Position numbers and translations under genes: made by a program
Notes under the pieces: model-generated
Databases searched by the model: none
What the model was told of the DNA's origin: nothing
Seen by the model: only the letters and a program-made list of their open reading frames with translations
Shown: positions 55,706-61,313 of the stretch, in pieces
Layout: every line of letters starts with the position of its first letter
Numbering within the stretch: the stretch's first letter is position 1
NCBI GenBank assembly: GCA_045642385.1
Contig: JAZUIT010000355.1
Location: forward strand, 1 to 61,313
DNA: 61,313 nucleotides
Reading direction: 5' to 3'
Origin: Acutalibacteraceae bacterium
Lineage (GTDB): Bacteria > Bacillota > Clostridia > Oscillospirales > Acutalibacteraceae

Positions 55706-56746
55706 ATGGCAGAAAAATCAAACAAAATTTTTACAGTACCAAATTTGTTATCATTTTTGAGAATTGTATGTGTACCATTTTTCGCTTACTATTTTTATAA
55801 TGGGGAGTATCTTTACGCCTGCGGCATTTTAGCTTTGTCCGGATTGTCGGATTTATTTGACGGCAAAATTGCAAGAGCCTTTAATCAGGTGTCGGAATTG
55901 GGAAAAGTGCTTGACCCCATAGCAGATAAGCTTACGGAAATGACATTGGCAGTATTGTTCTTTATAACATTTAAGAATAGTGCAAATCGCCTTTATAACA
56001 GTTTTTTGTGCTGGGTATTCCTGTTCTTTGTTGCGAAGGAAATATTGATGCTTTTGATAGGCGCTGTTTTGCTTTTGTGCAAATATAAACCTATTGCGGC
56101 GGAAATTTACGGAAAGCTTGCAACTTTTTGCTTCTATTTTATTATGATAGCAATTATGGCTTTTGGTCCTGAAATCGGAATAGTACCGCTTAATGTGCAT
56201 CAGCTTGCATGGATGGAAATACCTCAGTGGGTAACGGTTGCTTTGGTTATAACATCAGCCTTGCTTACCCTTGTTGCGCTGTTGAGTTATATTCCCCCTG
56301 TTATCAGACAGATAAATGAGCGCAAGAATAATATTTCCGGGGAGGTTAAGGAACCGGAGATAAAAGAGGAATTTTCTGTTAATACTGATGTTGAGGTCGC
56401 ACAAGATGTTGAAACCGATTTTAAAGTCAGTGAAAATATTGAACCCGAAGCTCAACCTGAAATTACCGTAAATCAAGAACCGCGGGAATCTGAATTTCAA
56501 CAAGGCTTTTCCGTTACTGTTGAGGACGAACCGGAAGAAGCAAAATCCGGATTTTCTGTTACCGTAGAAGCTCAGCCGGAAGAAGCAGAAGCACCGGTTA
56601 CTCTTGAAGAAAAAAAAGAAGAAACCGAAATTCCCGTTGCTACTGAGGAGGAATTTGACGAAACCGAACTCAACAGCTTTTTAAATTTAGATATTGACTC
56701 TGTTATTGATGATATAATGGATGAAATAATAAACAATAAACAATAA
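55706..56746 (+). CDS. CDP-alcohol phosphatidyltransferase family protein with a ~140-aa acidic repetitive C-terminal tail
   Basis: Exact signature DLFDGKIARAFNQVSELGKVLDPIADK (D-x2-DG-x2-AR-x8-G-x3-D-x3-D). The tail contains GFSVTVEDEPEEAKS / GFSVTVEAQPEEAEA. Confidence 0.82.
   Translation: MAEKSNKIFTVPNLLSFLRIVCVPFFAYYFYNGEYLYACGILALSGLSDLFDGKIARAFNQVSELGKVLDPIADKLTEMTLAVLFFITFKNSANRLYNSFLCWVFLFFVAKEILMLLIGAVLLLCKYKPIAAEIYGKLATFCFYFIMIAIMAFGPEIGIVPLNVHQLAWMEIPQWVTVALVITSALLTLVALLSYIPPVIRQINERKNNISGEVKEPEIKEEFSVNTDVEVAQDVETDFKVSENIEPEAQPEITVNQEPRESEFQQGFSVTVEDEPEEAKSGFSVTVEAQPEEAEAPVTLEEKKEETEIPVATEEEFDETELNSFLNLDIDSVIDDIMDEIINNKQ
56504..56587 (+). repeat. Tandem 45-nt (15-codon) repeat inside the phosphatidyltransferase tail
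   Basis: Copy 1 is 56504-56542 and copy 2 is 56549-56587: GGnTTTTCnGTTACnGTnGAnG..CCGGAAGAAGCA. Confidence 0.8.
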
Positions 56747-56761
56747 GGAGTTACCTATACT

Positions 56762-59047
56762 ATGAACAAAGTGATGTGCAGTAGATGTAAAAAAAGACCT
56801 GCTGTATTTTTCATCACAAAGGTCGAGGGGGAGAAAGCAACCCCGGAAGGACTTTGTGTAAAATGTGCTATGGAAATGAATATTGGTCCCATTAAGCAGA
56901 TGATGCAGTCTATGGGCGTTACCGAGGAGGAAATGGAAAATCTCGGAGACCAGTTGGGCGAAATGATGGAAAATGAAGATTTTCAACTGGGCGGTGCAGG
57001 AACATTCCCCTTTATGCAGGGCTTCGGCAGTATGGAAATGCCTTCGGAAGTGCCGTCTGTTTCCGATAAAAATGAAGAAAAAGAAGAAAAGGAAGATGAA
57101 AAGGCTTCCAAAGGAAAGCACAAAAAGAAAACGAAAAGGAAGTTTTTGGGTCAATATTGTACCGACTTGACTGCCAAGGCACGGGACGGCAAAATTGACA
57201 GAATAATAGGCAGAGAAAACGAAATTTACAGAGTAATTCAGATTTTGTGCCGCCGTTCCAAGAATAACCCCTGCTTAATCGGTGAACCGGGTGTAGGTAA
57301 AACCGCTATTGCCGAGGGCTTAGCTTTGCGTATTGCTTCCGGCGATGTGCCTGCAAAGCTTGCTAAAAAGGAAATTCATTTGCTTGACCTTACCGCTTTG
57401 GTTGCGGGAACTCAGTTCAGAGGTCAGTTTGAAAGCCGTATAAAAGGTCTTGTGGAGGAAGTTAAGGCGGAGGGTAATATTATCCTCTTTATTGATGAGG
57501 TTCATAACCTTGTCGGTACCGGTGATGCCGAGGGTACAATGAATGCCGCCAATATCTTGAAGCCGGCTTTGTCAAGGGGCGAAATTCAGATTATCGGTGC
57601 AACAACTTTCTCAGAATACAGAAAGTATATCGAAAAGGATGCGGCACTTGAAAGAAGATTACAGCCGGTTAAGGTTGAGGAACCCTCTATCGAGGACACT
57701 TATAAAATGCTTTTGGGCATTAAGGATTATTATGAGGAGTACCACAGAGTTAAAATCAGTGACTCTCTGATTTACCGTGCGGTTATTTTGTCCGAAAGAT
57801 ATATTAATGACAGATTTTTGCCGGACAAGGCTGTTGATTTATTGGATGAAGCCTGCACCTGTGCGAATCTGAGAAATAAAAATATCAGTGAGCTTGAAAT
57901 ATGTGAAAATGACTTGGAGCTTCTCAGAAATGAGCAGAGCAGATTACTTGAAGCTACCGATGATATAGATTACGAAGAAATTGCAAGAATTAAGGGCGAA
58001 ATTTTAAATTACGAGTCAAAGCGTAAGGAATTGGAAGAGCTTGCCGCCGACAACAATGTCCGTGAGGATGACCTTGCCACCGTTGTTCAGCTTTGGACAG
58101 GTATTCCGGCACAAAAGGTTATTGAAAGCGAACTCAGAAGATTAAAAGACCTTGAAAGCAGATTAAAAGAAAAAATTATCGGTCAGGATGATGCAGTAGC
58201 CAAAGTATCCGCCGCAATCAGACGGGGCAGAGTGCAGATAAGTCCCCGAAGAAGACCGTCTTCATTTATTTTTGTCGGTCCCACCGGTGTGGGTAAAACC
58301 GAGCTTGTAAAACAACTTTCAACAGAGCTTTTCGACACTCCGGAAACTCTTATAAGGCTTGATATGTCGGAGTTTATGGAAAAGCACAGCGTTTCAAGAA
58401 TTATCGGCTCACCTCCGGGATATGTCGGATATGACGAGGCGGGTCAGCTTACCGAAAAGGTGAGAAGAAAGCCGTATTCCGTAATTCTGTTTGACGAAAT
58501 CGAAAAGGCACATCCCGATGTTATGAATATCCTCCTGCAAATTCTTGACGAGGGTAAAATTACCGATGCACAGGGCAGAAATGTAAGCTTTGAAAATGCG
58601 GTAATCATTATGACTTCAAATGCCGGCAGTGACCGAAAGGAAGGTACCCTGGGCTTCGGAAAAACAAAGGGCGATGCCACAAAGGAAAAAATATTAAAGG
58701 CACTTAATGAATTTTTACGCCCCGAATTTTTGGGCAGAGTTGATGAAATTGTTGTATTCAATGACCTCACAAATGAAAATTATGAGAAAATTGCAGTCCT
58801 TATGTTAAAAGAGCTTGTGGAACCTCTTTCGGATAAGGGTATAAAATTCAGCTGGGAAGATGATGTTCCCTCTGCAATTGTCAGCAAAATGAGTGACAAC
58901 GCAAGAGGTGCCAGAGATTTAAGAAATATTATCAGAAGAAGTGTTGAAGATAGAATTGCTTCCCTGATTGTTGATAATATCGGTGTTGGATTTAATTCTA
59001 TGCAGATTAAAAATAATAACGGCGAGCTTGATATAATCGCAGAGTAG
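56762..59047 (+). CDS. clpE: Clp/Hsp100 AAA+ unfoldase, ClpE-like (N-terminal CxxC..CxxC zinc ribbon, two AAA modules)
   Basis: [10 protein letters not shown]...GLCVKCA, then a K/E-rich linker. D1 is [10 protein letters not shown]2 is GPTGVGKTE, the middle domain is short, and a candidate ClpP-docking tripeptide LGF is present (GTLGFGK). Confidence 0.85.
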   Translation: MNKVMCSRCKKRPAVFFITKVEGEKATPEGLCVKCAMEMNIGPIKQMMQSMGVTEEEMENLGDQLGEMMENEDFQLGGAGTFPFMQGFGSMEMPSEVPSVSDKNEEKEEKEDEKASKGKHKKKTKRKFLGQYCTDLTAKARDGKIDRIIGRENEIYRVIQILCRRSKNNPCLIGEPGVGKTAIAEGLALRIASGDVPAKLAKKEIHLLDLTALVAGTQFRGQFESRIKGLVEEVKAEGNIILFIDEVHNLVGTGDAEGTMNAANILKPALSRGEIQIIGATTFSEYRKYIEKDAALERRLQPVKVEEPSIEDTYKMLLGIKDYYEEYHRVKISDSLIYRAVILSERYINDRFLPDKAVDLLDEACTCANLRNKNISELEICENDLELLRNEQSRLLEATDDIDYEEIARIKGEILNYESKRKELEELAADNNVREDDLATVVQLWTGIPAQKVIESELRRLKDLESRLKEKIIGQDDAVAKVSAAIRRGRVQISPRRRPSSFIFVGPTGVGKTELVKQLSTELFDTPETLIRLDMSEFMEKHSVSRIIGSPPGYVGYDEAGQLTEKVRRKPYSVILFDEIEKAHPDVMNILLQILDEGKITDAQGRNVSFENAVIIMTSNAGSDRKEGTLGFGKTKGDATKEKILKALNEFLRPEFLGRVDEIVVFNDLTNENYEKIAVLMLKELVEPLSDKGIKFSWEDDVPSAIVSKMSDNARGARDLRNIIRRSVEDRIASLIVDNIGVGFNSMQIKNNNGELDIIAE

Positions 59048-61291
59048 GTGACAGCTTTGAAACGGGCAATTGATTGGGAAAAATTTTTAGCAAAGAGTGA
59101 TATAGTGTGCGATGATTTACCCCATAAATGGGACGAGGGTGCTTTTTTGGGCAACGGTAATTTCGGTGCATTACTTTATCACAATGAGAATGAAGAGCTT
59201 ATTATAAAATTGGGACATACCTGTATTCATGATAACAGACCGCCGAAGGGTGTTCATGTAAACGATAAAATGTTCCAGACCGCAAGATTGCCGATAGGTG
59301 ATTTTGTTTTGAAAACCGTCGGTAAGGTGACAGACGGCTCAATGCGTGTTCATATTTATGATGCAACTGTCACAGGTACGGTAATTACCGACTGCGGTGA
59401 AATAAATTACAGTGCATATATTGCTTCCGACAGGGATGCAACTGTGTTTGAATGGACGGCAACGGAAGGGGAGCAGAACAGTAAATTTCAATGGCACCCG
59501 GCTTATGCCGAAAGTCCCCGTCAGACAAAAATGCGTGAGCTTAACGACAACAATCGTTATAATCACAACTACGAAATGCCGAAAATGTGCTTTTACAGCA
59601 ATATTGACGGTATTGATATTTGCACACAGCCTAAGTATTGTTACGGTGCTTATTCAACCGGTTGGAAAACCGTTAAAAAAGGAAATGTTAATAAGCTTTA
59701 TTACAGTATTGCAAATTCCGATGATGTTGATGCTTCAATTGCTGCTGTTAAAAATAATGTAATTGATGCAGAAACAAACGAAGAAGAAATAAGAAAAATT
59801 CATCTTGACTGGTGGCATAACTGTTATCAGAGGAGTTTTGTTTCTGTTTCCGACAGCGTTTTTGAGGAATTTTACTGGATTCAGATTTATAAGATGGCCT
59901 CCGCCACAAGGGCTGACGGAAAAATTATTGATACAATAGGTCCTTGGCTTACAACAACATCATGGCCGGCAGGTTTCTGGAATTTAAATGTTCAGCTTAC
60001 TTATGAGCCTATGTACCCTGCAAATCAGCTTGAAGTGGCTTCGTCATTGTGGAAAAATCTCCTGAAAGAGTTTGACAACCTTGTAAATAATGTTGACGAG
60101 CCGTACAGAAAAGACTGTGCAGGCATCGGTTCAAATACCACCGCAAACCTTACTTCACTTGTCGCAGTTCCCGGCAGAGATAAGGAGGGTTATGTGGAAT
60201 TAGGTAACCTTACCTGGATATTACATTGCTGTTATCTCAATTACAGAATGACAATGGATAATAAAATCCTCGAAGATGTAATCTATCCTCTGCTTAAAAG
60301 AACGGTGCAGTATTACAGATATTTCCTCATAAAAGAGGATGACGGAAAATATCATATTATGCCCACATCTTCCCCTGAATACGGTATTGTTGACTGGGAT
60401 TGTAACTATGACCATTCTCTGCTCAGGTGGGGCTGTAAGACGCTTATAAAGATATGTGATATTTTAAATGTCGAGGACGAAAACTTAGCCGTATGGAAAG
60501 ATATTCTTGAAAATATTGCACCTTTCCCGGAAAACGAAAAGGAAGGCTTCCAAATTTCAAGAAATTATCCTATGGCAAAATCGCACAGACATTATTCACA
60601 TTTGCTTATGTTCTATCCTTTACACCTTTTAAGCCCTTATGTTGATGAGGAGAGGGAAAAGATAGTAAAATCCATAGCACAGTGGCACTCAATGCCCAAG
60701 GAGCTGGAGGGTTATTCTCAAACCGGTGCGGCATCAATGTTTGCTACAATGGGTGACGGTAACAATGCGCTTAAATTTTTATCAACTCTCTGGTCAAAAT
60801 TTATCCGTCCCAATACTATGTATAAAGAGCATGGCGGTGCTGTTATTGAAACACCTGTTTCAGCCGCAAATTCTATGCTCGATATGTTGATACAAAGCTG
60901 GGATAACAATATACATATTTTCCCGGCAATCCCCGATAAATGGCAGGATGTTACAATAGATAATCTTTGCGCCGAGGGTGCGTTCAGAGTGTCCGCCGGT
61001 ATGAAAAACGGTAAATTACAGTGGGTAAATGTAAAAAGCCTTGCAGGTGAACCCTGTGTAATTAAAGCGGATTTCGGCGGCGAAAAGGTAGTATCAAACA
61101 AAGACTATACAGTAAACGGAATTGAATACACAGTTGACCTTAAAGCCGGTGAAGAGGTAACCATAAGTCTTGAAGGTGTTGAAGCAATAGCAGAGCCTGT
61201 TAAAACAACTGACGGTATGGAAAATTGTTACGGTATGAATAAAAAAGCGTATAAAATTCTGTCAAAAGTTTCATATCTTGATTTAAAATAG
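59048..61291 (+). CDS. Cytoplasmic six-hairpin glycoside hydrolase, GH95-like
   Basis: N-terminal FLGNGNFGALLY, SSPEYG, and C-terminal IFPAIPDKWQDVTIDNLCAEGAFRVS..NGKL all resemble GH95 patterns. No signal peptide. The GTG start abuts the clpE stop and is uncertain. Confidence 0.6.
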   Translation: MTALKRAIDWEKFLAKSDIVCDDLPHKWDEGAFLGNGNFGALLYHNENEELIIKLGHTCIHDNRPPKGVHVNDKMFQTARLPIGDFVLKTVGKVTDGSMRVHIYDATVTGTVITDCGEINYSAYIASDRDATVFEWTATEGEQNSKFQWHPAYAESPRQTKMRELNDNNRYNHNYEMPKMCFYSNIDGIDICTQPKYCYGAYSTGWKTVKKGNVNKLYYSIANSDDVDASIAAVKNNVIDAETNEEEIRKIHLDWWHNCYQRSFVSVSDSVFEEFYWIQIYKMASATRADGKIIDTIGPWLTTTSWPAGFWNLNVQLTYEPMYPANQLEVASSLWKNLLKEFDNLVNNVDEPYRKDCAGIGSNTTANLTSLVAVPGRDKEGYVELGNLTWILHCCYLNYRMTMDNKILEDVIYPLLKRTVQYYRYFLIKEDDGKYHIMPTSSPEYGIVDWDCNYDHSLLRWGCKTLIKICDILNVEDENLAVWKDILENIAPFPENEKEGFQISRNYPMAKSHRHYSHLLMFYPLHLLSPYVDEEREKIVKSIAQWHSMPKELEGYSQTGAASMFATMGDGNNALKFLSTLWSKFIRPNTMYKEHGGAVIETPVSAANSMLDMLIQSWDNNIHIFPAIPDKWQDVTIDNLCAEGAFRVSAGMKNGKLQWVNVKSLAGEPCVIKADFGGEKVVSNKDYTVNGIEYTVDLKAGEEVTISLEGVEAIAEPVKTTDGMENCYGMNKKAYKILSKVSYLDLK

Positions 61292-61313
61292 TTTTATAAC
61301 TTTGTAATGTTCA

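Noticed and set aside
56691-56720. TTGACT ... TATAAT-like hexamers inside the 3' end of the phosphatidyltransferase gene as a possible clpE promoter
   Set aside because: The spacer is only 13 nt, too short for a sigma-A promoter.
57060-57140. Purine-rich stretch (aaagaagaaaaggaagatgaaaagg...) inside the clpE-like gene
   Set aside because: It encodes the K/E-rich linker and shows no sign of a frameshift or slippery-site signal. The reading frame is continuous on both sides.
1-61313. Searched for CRISPR arrays, rRNA/tRNA genes, transposases, integrases and phage-like genes
   Set aside because: I saw no spaced direct repeats, cloverleaf-compatible GC-rich segments in the intergenic regions, DDE/tyrosine-recombinase motifs or phage structural genes. 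Intergenic regions longer than 100 nt are accounted for by promoters, terminators, the riboswitch and the hairpin elements.

Overview
This 61.3 kb window is a chromosomal segment from a low-GC, Clostridia-type Firmicute. The evidence for that placement is the spore-related trio DUF2953/ytfJ/dacB, ruvCAB instead of recU, and DUF512-der linkage. Coding density is about 93% and roughly 55 of 62 genes are on the + strand. Most of the window is conserved housekeeping synteny: scpB(partial)-DUF2953-ytfJ-dacB-rluB; yloC-remA-gmk-rpoZ-priA-def-fmt-rsmB-rlmN-stp-prkC; lon-engB-lysA-pgm; nnr; pgi; yceD-rpmF; DUF512-der-ruvCAB; glmM; ecfA1A2T-truA; cvpA; a CDP-alcohol phosphatidyltransferase; and a ClpE-like AAA+ unfoldase. 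I saw no rRNA, tRNA, CRISPR array, transposase or integrase. Ten things do not fit ordinary core annotation. (1) A monocistronic STAS-domain::APH/ChoK-fold kinase fusion lies divergent from lon. (2) A double-FHA protein-SEDS(RodA/FtsW)-class B PBP operon lies 5.6 kb from stp-prkC, with the PrkC-type kinase substrate IreB also in the window; this is an actinobacterial-style Ser/Thr wall-growth module in split form. (3) An accessory sugar-oxidation island (ThuB-like Gfo/Idh/MocA + ThuA, divergent from a translationally coupled pair of a degenerate-Rossmann protein and a FAD-oxidoreductase::HEAT-repeat fusion) follows prkC where rsgA-rpe usually sit. (4) A well-supported ZTP (pfl) riboswitch with terminator expression platform precedes a truncated formate/nitrite-transporter-family gene. 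(5) An EndoA/MazF toxin has no antitoxin ORF. (6) A small family of GC-rich hairpin elements with conserved flanks occupies three AT-rich intergenic regions. (7) The CDP-alcohol phosphatidyltransferase carries a repetitive acidic tail. (8) The ClpE-like unfoldase has a Zn-ribbon N-terminus. (9) Several uncharacterised envelope proteins are present. (10) A possible CtsR-like operator overlaps the lon promoter. All functional calls come from reading motifs in the supplied translations and the DNA. No database search was run.
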